From Halobacteroidaceae bacterium (GTDB lineage Bacteria > Bacillota > Halanaerobiia > B1SED10-174), in assembly GCA_003551665.1 (NCBI GenBank), contig PUNE01000127.1, positions 2,640 to 66,639 on the forward strand: 64,000 nucleotides of DNA, read 5' to 3'. The translations under genes were made by a program, and so were the position numbers. This document shows, piece after piece, positions 55,035 to 64,000 of this stretch. Numbering within the stretch: position 1 is the first letter of the stretch; each line of letters starts with the position of its first letter. The notes beneath the pieces were generated by a model. That model was given only the letters and a program-made list of their open reading frames with translations. It did no database searches and had not been told where the DNA came from.

Positions 55035-56062
55035 TGTTACCTCTGGTTAAAGCCTGGCTCCAATGGAAAACCAGGAAGTCCGCAGCAGAGAGAGTCTTAG
55101 CTGGAAAGAAATTTAACTCCCCACCACCCCCTCCCGATCCCAAAGAGCTCCGGGTGGCGACAGCGCAGATGGAGCTGATTACTGCCCGCAATACCCGAGA
55201 GTATATTGATTGGCTATACCATCCCCTATACGAAGCCCAGAGCAGGGGAGCTCAATTGTTTCTCTACCCGGAATATGTTACCCTGCCCCTTCTGGGTCTT
55301 CTTCCTGCACTGGGTGGGGGGGACGAAAAAGAGCTTGATCCAGGAGAAGTTTTCCGGTTTGTTGCTCCTTACATGAGCCCGATTTATTTCCAGGTTTTGG
55401 GCGAACTGGCCCGGAAAGCAGGAATCTATATTGGGGGGGGAAGCCTGTTTTTGTTCAAGCAGGACAGGTTATTCAATACAGCCTACCTTTTTGACCCCGA
55501 GGGAGAAATAATTCTTGCCCAGAGCAAAATGAACCTGGTTCCCCAGGAAAGAGATTGGGGTGTGGAAACAGGCTCAGGACTGGAGGTGGTTGAAATCGCC
55601 GGAGGCTGGCGCATTGCTATGCCGGTTTGTATGGATGCCACCTACTTTGAGATATTCCGTCTGGCAGGAGCGGAGGGGGCCCACCTTGCCCTTGTTCCAA
55701 TTGCTGATTTGAATGCAGATTATAGTGAGCATATGGCCCTGCGAGGCATATGGGGAAGGGTGCAGGAAGAGCCGGTTTATGGGGTGAAAAGTGCTCTTGT
55801 GGGCGAATTTTTCGGGTTTAAATTTACCGGTAAAGCCGGGGTTTATGGGCCCGGGGAAATTACCCCGGATAAAGAGGGAGTACTGGATGAGGCTAAAAAC
55901 CCTGAACAGGGGGCCATAATCGAGGCAGTCCTTTCTCGGACCGAACTGGAGATATTCAAAAGAGAAAGGCTTGTTCCCAGTGGAGACCTTTATAGCAGGT
56001 ATATGGCAAAGAGTTATGAAAAACTGCTGGAGAAGGAAAAAAGTGAAGGAAAAAGAGCATAA
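55034..56062 (+). CDS. Carbon-nitrogen hydrolase (nitrilase superfamily), triad intact
   Basis: TAATG overlap with the upstream gene. LFLYPEY (Glu), AQSKMNLVPQE (Lys), IAMPVCMDATYFE (Cys). About 45-aa basic/Pro-rich N-terminal extension. Confidence 0.7.
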   Translation: MLPLVKAWLQWKTRKSAAERVLAGKKFNSPPPPPDPKELRVATAQMELITARNTREYIDWLYHPLYEAQSRGAQLFLYPEYVTLPLLGLLPALGGGDEKELDPGEVFRFVAPYMSPIYFQVLGELARKAGIYIGGGSLFLFKQDRLFNTAYLFDPEGEIILAQSKMNLVPQERDWGVETGSGLEVVEIAGGWRIAMPVCMDATYFEIFRLAGAEGAHLALVPIADLNADYSEHMALRGIWGRVQEEPVYGVKSALVGEFFGFKFTGKAGVYGPGEITPDKEGVLDEAKNPEQGAIIEAVLSRTELEIFKRERLVPSGDLYSRYMAKSYEKLLEKEKSEGKRA

Positions 56063-56067
56063 GCTTT

Positions 56068-56105
56068 AAAAAAGCCTGAAAAAGCATCCTAACAGGCTTT
56101 TTTTG
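56068..56105 (+). terminator. Rho-independent terminator
   Basis: AAAAAAGCCTG pairs with CAGGCTTTTTT, 14-nt loop, then T-run. Confidence 0.7.
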
Positions 56106-56118
56106 TTACTGATGCCTT

Positions 56119-56147
56119 TTGCAAGCCTGGGGAAAAAGAATTAAAAT
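56119..56147 (+). promoter_or_regulatory. Sigma-A promoter of the ctsR-clpC operon
   Basis: TTGCAA 56119-56124, 17-nt spacer, TAAAAT 56142-56147. Confidence 0.55.
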
Positions 56148-56160
56148 AAAAGACAAAGAA

Positions 56161-56185
56161 AGTCAAAGTCAAATATGGAGTCAAA
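56161..56185 (+). promoter_or_regulatory. CtsR operator (three AGTCAAA heptads)
   Basis: AGTCAAA at 56161, 56167 and 56179, matching the RGTCAAA repeat of the CtsR box. Located between the -10 and the ctsR start. Confidence 0.75.
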
Positions 56186-56197
56186 GGGGGGCTGGTT

Positions 56198-56668
56198 TTG
56201 TCTACCCTGGTCACCAGGATTGAATATTATCTTAAGAAAATGTTGGAAGAACAAGGGCGTTTGAGAATTCAGCGAAATGAAATTGCAGCCCGTTTTGATT
56301 GTGCTCCCTCCCAGGTTAGCTATGTCCTGCAAACCAGGTTTTCTCTGGACAGGGGCTATCTGGTTCAGAGCCAGAGAGGGGGCGGGGGTTTTGTTGAAAT
56401 CGTTGAAATTCCCAGGGAGGCAAGGAAGGAATACCTTTCCCGTCTGCACAACTCCCTTGGAGCAGGAGTCACGCAGCAGGAAGCCCGGGATATTCTGCAC
56501 CGGCTGAAAAAAGATCAACTTCTTACGCACCGTGAATGCCTGTTGTTGCAAAATATAATTCACCGCAACGTTTTGGATTTGTCTTTGCCCCGGCGGGATA
56601 TTTTGCGGGGGAAAATCCTAAAAAGCGTTATTGAAAGCCTTTACTGGAACCTACAGGAGGAGGGTTGA
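56198..56668 (+). CDS. ctsR: Class III stress-gene repressor CtsR
   Basis: IQRNEIAARFDCAPSQVSYVLQTRFSLDRGYLVQSQRGGGGFVEIV is the conserved CtsR HTH plus glycine-rich loop. Confidence 0.92.
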   Translation: MSTLVTRIEYYLKKMLEEQGRLRIQRNEIAARFDCAPSQVSYVLQTRFSLDRGYLVQSQRGGGGFVEIVEIPREARKEYLSRLHNSLGAGVTQQEARDILHRLKKDQLLTHRECLLLQNIIHRNVLDLSLPRRDILRGKILKSVIESLYWNLQEEG

Positions 56669-56672
56669 TAAA

Positions 56673-57188
56673 ATGCTGTGCCAGGAATGCGGAAAAAACA
56701 AAGCCACTGTTCACCTGACCAGGATTAAGAATAATGAAAAAACAGAAATATATCTTTGCGAGGAATGTGCTCAGAAAAAGGGAGAACTAAATCTGGCCCA
56801 GGATACCCTCTCACTTCACAATTTTTTAACCGGTTTTCTTGGGGGCGGCCAGCCCCAGCAGACATCCCAAACCGGGGATTTGGTTGGAGTTTCAGATTGT
56901 CCTCGCTGTGGTCTTTCTTATAATGAATTCAGGGAAAAAGGACGCCTTGGTTGTGTTCAGTGCTATGAGAATTTTGAGGAGCAGCTTACCCCATTGATAA
57001 AAAGGATCCATGGGCGCGAGGAGCATCGGGGTAAGGTTCCTGCTCGAACCGGAGGATTAATTCGGAAGAAGAGAGAAATTGAAAAACTCCGGGAGGAAAT
57101 GGAAAAAGCGGTCCGGGAAGAAAATTTTGAGGAAGCAGCAAGAATTAGAGATGATATCAGAAAAATGGAAAAGGAACTGGAGGGATGA
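56673..57188 (+). CDS. mcsA: McsA (zinc-finger/UVR-domain activator of McsB)
   Basis: MLCQECGKNKATVHLT, CEEC, CPRCG, CVQC zinc-finger pairs. C-terminal UVR motif EENFEEAARIRDDIRKME. Confidence 0.9.
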   Translation: MLCQECGKNKATVHLTRIKNNEKTEIYLCEECAQKKGELNLAQDTLSLHNFLTGFLGGGQPQQTSQTGDLVGVSDCPRCGLSYNEFREKGRLGCVQCYENFEEQLTPLIKRIHGREEHRGKVPARTGGLIRKKREIEKLREEMEKAVREENFEEAARIRDDIRKMEKELEG

Positions 57189-57194
57189 TAGGAT

Positions 57195-58247
57195 ATGCCA
57201 CTCGATAAAAGGGTGAAAAATGAACAGAGCAAGTGGATGCAGGGCAAAGGCCCCATGAGCGATGTGGTTATTTCCAGCCGGGCCAGGCTGGCCAGAAACC
57301 TTGCCCAGTTTTCTTTTCCCAGCAGAGAAGATGGAAAGCAGCTTCACCAGGTCCGGGATAAAATCAGGGAAACCTTAAAGGGCCTTCAGTATAAACTGGA
57401 CTTTCTCCAGATGGAGGAGCTACCTGAACTGGAAAAAAGGGCGCTTGTGGAAAGGCACCTGATTAGTATTGACCACGCAACACAGGGGCCTAAAAAAGGG
57501 CTTGCCATTGATAAAGACCAGATGATCAGTATTATGGTCAATGAGGAGGATCACCTGCGTATTCAGGTTCTTTTCCCGGGTATGCAGCTACTGGATGCCC
57601 TGCGCCTGGTTGATGAAGTGGATGACAGGCTGGAAGAAAAGCTTGAATATGCCTTTCAGGAGAAATGGGGCTTTTTAACATGCTGTCCTACAAACCTGGG
57701 AACAGGGCTCAGGGTTTCGGTGATGGTTCACCTTCCCGGTTTAAATATGACCGGAAGGTTGCAGCAAACCCTACAACTGGTTACAAGATTGGGACTGGCT
57801 GTAAGAGGGCTCTATGGTGAGGGAAGCGAGTCTGCCGGAAACCTCTTCCAGCTTTCCAACCAGACCAGCCTTGGCCTGCGAGAAGAGGAAATAATTGATA
57901 ACATTTCGGGAGTAATTGACCAGGTTGTTGAAAGAGAAAGAGAAGCAAGGCAATACCTGGTAAAAGAAAGAGAAATGGACATCAAAGACCGGGTTTGGAG
58001 AGCTTATGGAACTCTGTCGTATGCCCAGAAGATTTCCAGTGAAGAAGCCGTTTCACTTCTTTCTGACCTAAAACTGGGAATTGACCTGGGAATAATCAAA
58101 GAAATGGATCCTGCTATTTTAAGTCAGCTTATGGTTTTTATTCGTCCTGCAACATTGCAAAGAATAAATAACAGGGAGCTGAATGAACTGGAAAGGGATA
58201 TAAAAAGGGCGGAACTAATAAAGAAGAAAATGGTTGGAGGTGGCTAA
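57195..58247 (+). CDS. mcsB: Protein arginine kinase McsB
   Basis: [31 protein letters not shown] phosphagen-kinase motifs. Confidence 0.92.
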   Translation: MPLDKRVKNEQSKWMQGKGPMSDVVISSRARLARNLAQFSFPSREDGKQLHQVRDKIRETLKGLQYKLDFLQMEELPELEKRALVERHLISIDHATQGPKKGLAIDKDQMISIMVNEEDHLRIQVLFPGMQLLDALRLVDEVDDRLEEKLEYAFQEKWGFLTCCPTNLGTGLRVSVMVHLPGLNMTGRLQQTLQLVTRLGLAVRGLYGEGSESAGNLFQLSNQTSLGLREEEIIDNISGVIDQVVEREREARQYLVKEREMDIKDRVWRAYGTLSYAQKISSEEAVSLLSDLKLGIDLGIIKEMDPAILSQLMVFIRPATLQRINNRELNELERDIKRAELIKKKMVGGG

Positions 58248-58248
58248 A

Positions 58249-60684
58249 ATGTTTGGAAGATACACCGAGAGAGCACAGAAGGTATTAATGCTGGCGGAAA
58301 AAGAAGCCCGCCGTCTTAACCACAATTATATAGGGACCGAACACCTTCTTCTGGGATTAATTCAGGAAGGCCAGGGTGTTGCAGCAAAAGCACTGCGGTC
58401 AATTGGAATTAACCTTGACCAGGTCCGGCAGAGTGTTGAACGCTACGTGGGGGAAATGGAAGCCGGGCAGAATCCTGAAATTACACTGACTCCACGTTCA
58501 AAAAAGGTTTTGAACCTTGCTCTTGATGAGGCCCGGCAGTTAAACCACAATTATATTGGGACAGAACACCTTCTACTTGGACTGATAAGAGAAGGGGAAG
58601 GCGTTGCTGCAAGGGTTTTAACCGAGCTTGGCGCCGATCTTGAAACCCTGCGGAATGAAGTTATGAGTCATCTGGGCGGTGTTTCTGGGGAACAGGCTCC
58701 TCGGGGACAGACAAAAACAAACACTCCCACTCTGGATGAGTTTAGCAGGGATCTTACCCAGCAGGCAAGGGAGAACAAGCTGGACCCGGTTATTGGAAGA
58801 TCTCGCGAGATCGAGCGCGTGATCCAGATTTTGAGCCGGAGAACCAAGAACAACCCGGTTTTAATTGGTGAACCAGGAGTAGGAAAAACTGCAATTGCTG
58901 AAGGGCTGGCCCAGAGAATTGTTGAAGGCAACGCTCCAGAAATTCTGCTCAACAAGAGGGTTATTCTGCTTGACCTGAGCGCGATTGTAGCTGGTTCCAA
59001 GTACCGCGGGGAATTCGAAAAGAGAATGAAATCCGTGATGGATGAAATACGCCAGGCCGGTGACGTAGTACTCTTTATCGACGAACTGCACACCCTGGTG
59101 GGTGCCGGTGCTGCAGAAGGTGCAATTGATGCCGCAAATATTTTAAAACCAGCCCTGGCCCGGGGTGAACTCCAGTGTATTGGGGCGACCACTCTTGATG
59201 AGTATCGCAAATATATTGAAAAGGATTCGGCCCTGGAGAGACGTTTCCAGTCAATCATTGTTAATGAATCAACCCCTGAAGAGTCAAGGAAAATACTGGA
59301 AGGCCTTCGGGATAATTACGAGGCACATCACCGGGTAAAAATCCTTGATACTGCAATTGATGCGGCTGTTAACCTTTCCCACCGATATATTACTGATCGG
59401 TTCCTTCCTGACAAGGCAATTGATTTGATTGACGAAGCGGGATCAAAGGTTAGGCTCAAGAAAAATACCCGGCCTCCCGAGATTAAAAACCTATCGGAGG
59501 AGCTGGAAAAAGTTGAGCAGGAAAAGGAAGAAGCCATTCGTTCGCAGGAATTTGAAAAGGCTGCTCAGCTGCGCGATAAAGAACGGAAACTAAAAGAAGA
59601 ACTGGATGAAAAGAAATCAGAATGGGACAAGCAAAAGGGCCGTGATGAACTGACAGTAGATGAGGAAGATATTGCCCAGATTGTCTCCCAGTGGACTGGA
59701 ATTCCGGTAACCAAGCTTGCCAGCGAGGAAAGTGAAAAACTCCTCCGCCTGGAAGATGAGCTCCACAGGCGGGTAATCGGGCAGGATGAGGCAGTAACTG
59801 CTGTTTCTCGTGCAGTTCGTCGAGCCAGGGCTGGGCTGAAAGACCCCGGTCGTCCCATTGGTTCGTTCATTTTCCTGGGGCCAACTGGAGTTGGTAAAAC
59901 CGAGCTTGGCCGGGCCCTTGCGGAAGCCCTTTTCAATGATGAGGATGCGTTGATTCGGATCGACATGTCCGAATACATGGAAAAACATGCCGTATCCCGC
60001 CTTGTGGGTTCTCCTCCGGGTTATGTGGGCCACGAGGAGGGTGGTCAGCTTACGGAAAAAGTAAGAAGAAGGCCGTTTTCGGTGGTCCTGTTTGACGAGA
60101 TTGAAAAAGCCCACCACGACGTGTTTAACATCCTGCTCCAGATCCTGGAGGATGGTAACCTTACAGACACTCACGGCAGGCGGGTGGACTTTAAAAATAC
60201 TGTTGTAATTATGACCTCTAACGTTGGAGCAACCTTAATTGAAAAACAGGGTGGAGTCGGTTTCCAGCCTGTTGAGGCAGAAGAAGATGAACAACAGCTT
60301 TACGATAAAATGAAGGAAAAGGTAACGTCGGAGCTGCGGCGTACCTTCCGGCCAGAATTCCTGAACCGGGTTGATGAGTCCATTGTTTTCCACGCCCTTA
60401 ACAAACAGCACATCAAGGAAATAGTTGACCTGATGCTGGAAGAACTTCACGAGCGGCTTGGGGAACAGAAGTTAAGCCTGGAAGTTACCCCTGAGGCAAA
60501 AGACCACCTGGCCAGGGAAGGGTTTGACCGGCAGTTTGGAGCCAGGCCTTTACGCAGGACTATCCAGCGCCTGGTTGAACATCCCCTTGCAGATAAAGTG
60601 CTGTCTGGAGAATTTAAACCCGGTGATACAATCCGGGTAGTGGTCATTGATGGCAGGATTAATTTCGATAAAAAAGGCGCCTAG
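58249..60684 (+). CDS. clpC: ATP-dependent Clp protease ATP-binding subunit ClpC
   Basis: Duplicated Clp-N repeats, two Walker A sites ([16 protein letters not shown]), UVR linker ([11 protein letters not shown]). ATG 58249 follows GGAGGTGG. Confidence 0.95.
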   Translation: MFGRYTERAQKVLMLAEKEARRLNHNYIGTEHLLLGLIQEGQGVAAKALRSIGINLDQVRQSVERYVGEMEAGQNPEITLTPRSKKVLNLALDEARQLNHNYIGTEHLLLGLIREGEGVAARVLTELGADLETLRNEVMSHLGGVSGEQAPRGQTKTNTPTLDEFSRDLTQQARENKLDPVIGRSREIERVIQILSRRTKNNPVLIGEPGVGKTAIAEGLAQRIVEGNAPEILLNKRVILLDLSAIVAGSKYRGEFEKRMKSVMDEIRQAGDVVLFIDELHTLVGAGAAEGAIDAANILKPALARGELQCIGATTLDEYRKYIEKDSALERRFQSIIVNESTPEESRKILEGLRDNYEAHHRVKILDTAIDAAVNLSHRYITDRFLPDKAIDLIDEAGSKVRLKKNTRPPEIKNLSEELEKVEQEKEEAIRSQEFEKAAQLRDKERKLKEELDEKKSEWDKQKGRDELTVDEEDIAQIVSQWTGIPVTKLASEESEKLLRLEDELHRRVIGQDEAVTAVSRAVRRARAGLKDPGRPIGSFIFLGPTGVGKTELGRALAEALFNDEDALIRIDMSEYMEKHAVSRLVGSPPGYVGHEEGGQLTEKVRRRPFSVVLFDEIEKAHHDVFNILLQILEDGNLTDTHGRRVDFKNTVVIMTSNVGATLIEKQGGVGFQPVEAEEDEQQLYDKMKEKVTSELRRTFRPEFLNRVDESIVFHALNKQHIKEIVDLMLEELHERLGEQKLSLEVTPEAKDHLAREGFDRQFGARPLRRTIQRLVEHPLADKVLSGEFKPGDTIRVVVIDGRINFDKKGA

Positions 60685-60747
60685 ACCTTGTAAGAGGGCG
60701 AAAAACTTGCTATAATGAAGTTAGACGAGAATAGCGGGAGGCCCTCA

Positions 60748-62076
60748 ATGAAGAAGGGAAAAAACAGCTTTGTCTGTCAGGAGTGTGGCTACAAGAGCAT
60801 CAAATGGCTGGGGCAGTGTAATTCCTGTGGAGAATGGAATTCAATGGTTTCCACAGGAGACCTGGCAGGTCCTGTAAACCAGCCTAAATCAATAGATGAA
60901 ATAACCGGGGCCCGTGAAGAACGCCTCCCCTCAAGCATTGGAGAACTGGACCGAGTTTTGGGGGGAGGCCTGGTCCCCGGTTCCCTAATTTTAGTCGGTG
61001 GAGACCCGGGAATCGGAAAGTCAACTCTGCTCCTGCAGGTCGCGGGGGGATTGACTGCAAACGGCCCGGTTCTTTATGTTTCGGGGGAAGAATCGCTGGG
61101 GCAGCTTAAACTGAGAGCTCAGCGACTGGGGGTTTCAGGTAATGATTTAAAGGTTCTTGCTATGACTGATCTTGGTGCACTGGAGCAAATCCTGCAGGAT
61201 CTGGAACCCGGGATGTTAATAATTGATTCTATTCAAACCATGTCTTTCCCCCACGTTGATTCCATGCCTGGAAGTGTAACCCAGATACGAGAGCTTGGTT
61301 CATATTTTCTCCGGTATTCCAAGGAAAATGATGTTCCCGTTTTCCTTGTGGGGCATGTTACCAAGGATGGGTCTCTCGCTGGACCTAAAATTTTGGAACA
61401 CCTAGTAGATTGCGTCCTTTACTTTGAAGGTGACCAGCACTATTCCTTTCGAATTTTGCGGAGCATAAAAAATCGTTTTGGTTCTATTAACGAGGTGGGG
61501 GTTTTCCGAATGGAGAACGCCGGGCTGCTGGAAGTCCCCAATCCATCTTCAATTTTTATTGAAGAAAGGCCAAAACAGGCTCCCGGCAGCGCCATTTTTC
61601 CTTCCATGGAAGGAAGCAGGCCAATAATGGTTGAAGTTCAGGCCCTGCTGTCACCAACCTCTTTTGGCCAGCCCCAGAGAATGACGGCAGGTGTTGATCA
61701 CAGAAGGGTTTCAATGTTAATGGCAGTTCTGGAAAAAAGGGCCGGCCTGGAAATTGGCTGGCAGGATGTTTATGTTAATGTTGCAGGAGGGATCAGACTG
61801 AACGAACCTGCAGCTGACCTGGCTATGCTGGCGGCAATGGCCAGCTCTTTCCTGGAAAGACCTGTTCCAGATGATGTTATCCTGTGTGGGGAGATTGGCC
61901 TGACAGGAGAATTGAGGGGAGTGCCCCGACTGGGAGAGAGATTGCGAGAAGCCGAAAAAATGGGCCTGCGAAGGGCATTGCTGCCTGAGAAGGCCCGTGT
62001 CCAAACAGGGATGGAAGTGGTTCCCCTGGCATCAGTCCAGGAGTTAATCCAGTATCTTTTTGCCAATAATAAGTAA
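60748..62076 (+). CDS. radA: DNA repair protein RadA/Sms
   Basis: FVCQECGYKSIKWLGQCNSCGEW zinc finger, GDPGIGKST Walker A, KNRFG motif, Lon-like C-terminal domain. Confidence 0.95.
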   Translation: MKKGKNSFVCQECGYKSIKWLGQCNSCGEWNSMVSTGDLAGPVNQPKSIDEITGAREERLPSSIGELDRVLGGGLVPGSLILVGGDPGIGKSTLLLQVAGGLTANGPVLYVSGEESLGQLKLRAQRLGVSGNDLKVLAMTDLGALEQILQDLEPGMLIIDSIQTMSFPHVDSMPGSVTQIRELGSYFLRYSKENDVPVFLVGHVTKDGSLAGPKILEHLVDCVLYFEGDQHYSFRILRSIKNRFGSINEVGVFRMENAGLLEVPNPSSIFIEERPKQAPGSAIFPSMEGSRPIMVEVQALLSPTSFGQPQRMTAGVDHRRVSMLMAVLEKRAGLEIGWQDVYVNVAGGIRLNEPAADLAMLAAMASSFLERPVPDDVILCGEIGLTGELRGVPRLGERLREAEKMGLRRALLPEKARVQTGMEVVPLASVQELIQYLFANNK

Positions 62077-62091
62077 GGGAGGTGTATATTT

Positions 62092-63180
62092 TTGGACGAA
62101 AGGGGCATTTCCAACAAAGCATTTTCTCCCATATTAAAACTTGTTGCCCCGGGGACTCCTTTGCGAGAAGGATTGGAGAATATTCTAAGGGCAAAGACCG
62201 GTGCCTTAATTGCACTTGGTGATAGTGAAGAGCTTTTGGGTATTGTTGACGGCGGATTTAATATTAATAGCGAGTTAACGCCTGCCCGCCTTTACGAACT
62301 GGCAAAAATGGATGGAGCTATTCTCCTTAGCAAGGATGGAACTCGAATCCTTGTTGCCAACGCCCACCTTGTCCCTGATCCTTCCTTGCCCACCGAACAG
62401 ACTGGTATCCGGCACAGGACCGCGGAGAGAGTCAGCAAGCAAACCCGGGAACTGGTTATTTCCATATCCCAGCGTCGGGATATCATTTCCCTTTTCTTCG
62501 GGGAAGACCATTACATCCTCGAGGATATCAGGGTGATACTTACCAAGGCCAATCAGGCCTTGCAGACCCTTGAAAAATACCGTACTGTTTTAGATCAAAC
62601 CATAACAAATCTTAGTGCCCTGGAATTTGAGGATATGGTTACTGTTTCGGATGTTGTCCTTGTTGTCCAGAGGGCAGAAATGGTCCTGGACATCCAGCGG
62701 GAGATTGAAAGATATGTTAGTGAACTTGGTGATGAAGGGCGCCTTATCAGGATGCAGCTGGATGAGCTGGTTGCCAACGTCTGGGAAGAAACCCTGATGA
62801 TAATTCGAGATTATGGTGTTGATGAAGAAGGAAACGAACCTGTCGATGCCGAAAGTATTCTTAATGAGCTTCTTGAGTGGACAAGTGAGGAACTGGTCAA
62901 CATGCCCAACATTAGCAAAATTCTTGGCCACGGGGGAAATATCTCTTCTCTCGAAAATCCTGTTTCTCCAAGAGGATATCGTCTTCTGAGAAAAATTCCC
63001 CGGCTGCCGCTCCCAGTAATAGAAAACCTCATCCAGGAGTTCTCGAAATTCCAGGCCATTTTAGGGGCCAGTATCGAAAAACTGGATGAGGTTGATGGTA
63101 TTGGTGAAGTCCGGGCAAAAGCCATAAAAGATGGCCTGCACAGGCTTAAAGAACAGGTCTTTTTGGACCGACAGATTTAG
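62092..63180 (+). CDS. disA: DNA integrity scanning protein DisA (diadenylate cyclase)
   Basis: DAC domain (GALIALGD, DGAILLS, GIRHRTAERVS) and C-terminal HhH (VDGIGEVRAKAIKDGL). Confidence 0.92.
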   Translation: MDERGISNKAFSPILKLVAPGTPLREGLENILRAKTGALIALGDSEELLGIVDGGFNINSELTPARLYELAKMDGAILLSKDGTRILVANAHLVPDPSLPTEQTGIRHRTAERVSKQTRELVISISQRRDIISLFFGEDHYILEDIRVILTKANQALQTLEKYRTVLDQTITNLSALEFEDMVTVSDVVLVVQRAEMVLDIQREIERYVSELGDEGRLIRMQLDELVANVWEETLMIIRDYGVDEEGNEPVDAESILNELLEWTSEELVNMPNISKILGHGGNISSLENPVSPRGYRLLRKIPRLPLPVIENLIQEFSKFQAILGASIEKLDEVDGIGEVRAKAIKDGLHRLKEQVFLDRQI

Positions 63181-63596
63181 CGAAGATTAAAAATTCCCAG
63201 CGTGGACATACGGTTTAATTCCTTTTCCATTATCTGGGAAAGGTCAAGGTCCAGCACATCGCAGAGGGCGGCCAGGTAGAAAAGGGTTTTTCCGATTTCA
63301 TCCTCAAGAACCTCCCGGCAGTCCTCGCAAAGTCGTCCCGATAAATGGTTGTCCATATATTCCTTCATCTGGGTAAAACTGATATCGTCGGGCATTTGTT
63401 GTTTTTCTGCGCTAACCTGCAAACAACCGCAGCTGGTAATTGATTTTACTACTGCCCGGTTTGTTCTGCTCGAAGCTTCCTGAAGTTTGGAGATAATATC
63501 CAAAACGCTCTGATGGCGGATTAAATACTGGGATACAATATCCTGAAAGCGACAGCACAGTTCTTCCCTTGCAGCTTGATCCTTGGGATCTGTCAT
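63177..63596 (-). CDS. Cys-rich hypothetical protein with a MazG-like C-terminal helix
   Basis: SCGC and CEDC cysteine pairs. EIGKTLFYLAALCDVLDLDLSQIMEKEL resembles the MazG-type helix. Overlaps the disA 3' end by 4 nt (convergent). Confidence 0.4.
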   Translation of the reverse strand: MTDPKDQAAREELCCRFQDIVSQYLIRHQSVLDIISKLQEASSRTNRAVVKSITSCGCLQVSAEKQQMPDDISFTQMKEYMDNHLSGRLCEDCREVLEDEIGKTLFYLAALCDVLDLDLSQIMEKELNRMSTLGIFNLR

Positions 63597-63680
63597 ACTG
63601 ATCTCCTCCTCGGGACGAATTAACTTCTTCTATTCAATTATAGACATTGATTAGTTGCTTTGTCAAGTTGCCCACCTGGT

Positions 63681-63709
63681 TTGACCACCAGGAGGGGTAG
63701 TGGTATAAT
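63681..63709 (+). promoter_or_regulatory. Consensus-like sigma-A promoter for carD
   Basis: TTGACC 63681-63686, 17-nt spacer, TATAAT 63704-63709. Confidence 0.65.
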
Positions 63710-63742
63710 TATTAAGTATGATTTTACTTGGAGGGGTTTTCC

Positions 63743-64000
63743 ATGTTTGAAGTTGGCGACAAGGTTGTCTACCCCATGCACGGTGCGGGTACAATAACTT
63801 CTATTGAAGAAAAAGAGTTTTTGGGAGAAACCAAAAGATACTATATCATGGAAATGCCCCTTGGTGATATGCGGGTCATGGTTCCCATGGATAAAGTTGA
63901 CACGCTGGGACTGCGTTTTATTATCTCTCCTGAAGAAGCCAGAAATGTGCTTAGAGAACTCTGCAACGAGCATGAGCAGGGAAGCAAAAACTGGAACCGT
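63743..64000 (+). CDS. carD: CarD/CdnL-family transcriptional regulator, N-terminal fragment (runs off the window)
   Basis: MFEVGDKVVYPMHGAGTITSIEEKEFLGETKRYYIMEMP is the conserved CarD N-terminal Tudor-like domain. Confidence 0.9.
   Translation, partial: MFEVGDKVVYPMHGAGTITSIEEKEFLGETKRYYIMEMPLGDMRVMVPMDKVDTLGLRFIISPEEARNVLRELCNEHEQGSKNWNR

Noticed and set aside
58668-59258. Long antisense ORFs inside clpC, with similar cases at 9586-10242 in ileS, 45282-46109 in the peptide SBP gene, 11320-11907, 22758-23288 and 25193-25915
   Set aside because: These are shadow ORFs opposite well-supported genes. They have low-complexity or biased composition, no SD and no family resemblance.
1-64000. CRISPR arrays, transposases/IS ends, integrases, phage genes, restriction-modification or other known defence modules, rRNA
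   Set aside because: I scanned the ORF track and intergenic regions and saw no direct-repeat/spacer periodicity, no DDE, serine or tyrosine recombinase motifs, and no rRNA signatures. The single tRNA-Ala has no flanking integrase or direct repeat.

Overview
This window looks like ordinary chromosome from a Firmicutes/Clostridia-type bacterium. The evidence is the ctsR-mcsA-mcsB-clpC-radA-disA...carD block at 56.2-64 kb, a T-box leader in front of ileS, PhoP-style TTTACA repeats in front of pstS, and Gram-positive-type GGAGG ribosome-binding sites. About 65 coding genes are dense on both strands. They include three aminoacyl-tRNA synthetases (leuS 3' end, ileS, cysS) and one tRNA-Ala(CGC). Transporters include a glycine-betaine ABC system, MgtE, a FetAB-like pair, pstSCA, a peptide ABC importer and TatA/TatC. 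There are also iron/redox proteins (ferritin, two rubrerythrin-like proteins, an FTR-like protein, a rhodanese, an orphan RnfD-like protein) and assorted hydrolases. I found no rRNA, CRISPR array, transposase, integrase, prophage or recognisable defence genes. Four places do not look routine. (1) A tightly packed minus-strand operon (about 21.2 to 13.4 kb) runs TldD-PmbA-lipid kinase-M29 aminopeptidase and then an Opp-like ABC module. The permeases are shortened, and the fused double ATPase has lost every catalytic motif while keeping its Cys-rich C-terminal module. No binding protein is present. (2) A three-gene insert sits between cysS and ctsR (52.4-56.1 kb): a GH125-like (alpha/alpha)6 protein, a carbon-nitrogen hydrolase paralogue with all three catalytic residues replaced, and an intact carbon-nitrogen hydrolase, all with overlapping stop/start codons. 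(3) A roughly 700-nt gene-free gap (24.09-24.81 kb) ends in a strong hairpin whose T-tract lies on the plus strand. (4) A strongly promoted 62-aa internally duplicated ORF lies just upstream of the ileS T-box. All family assignments come from reading the translated ORFs and remembered motifs; no database search was possible.
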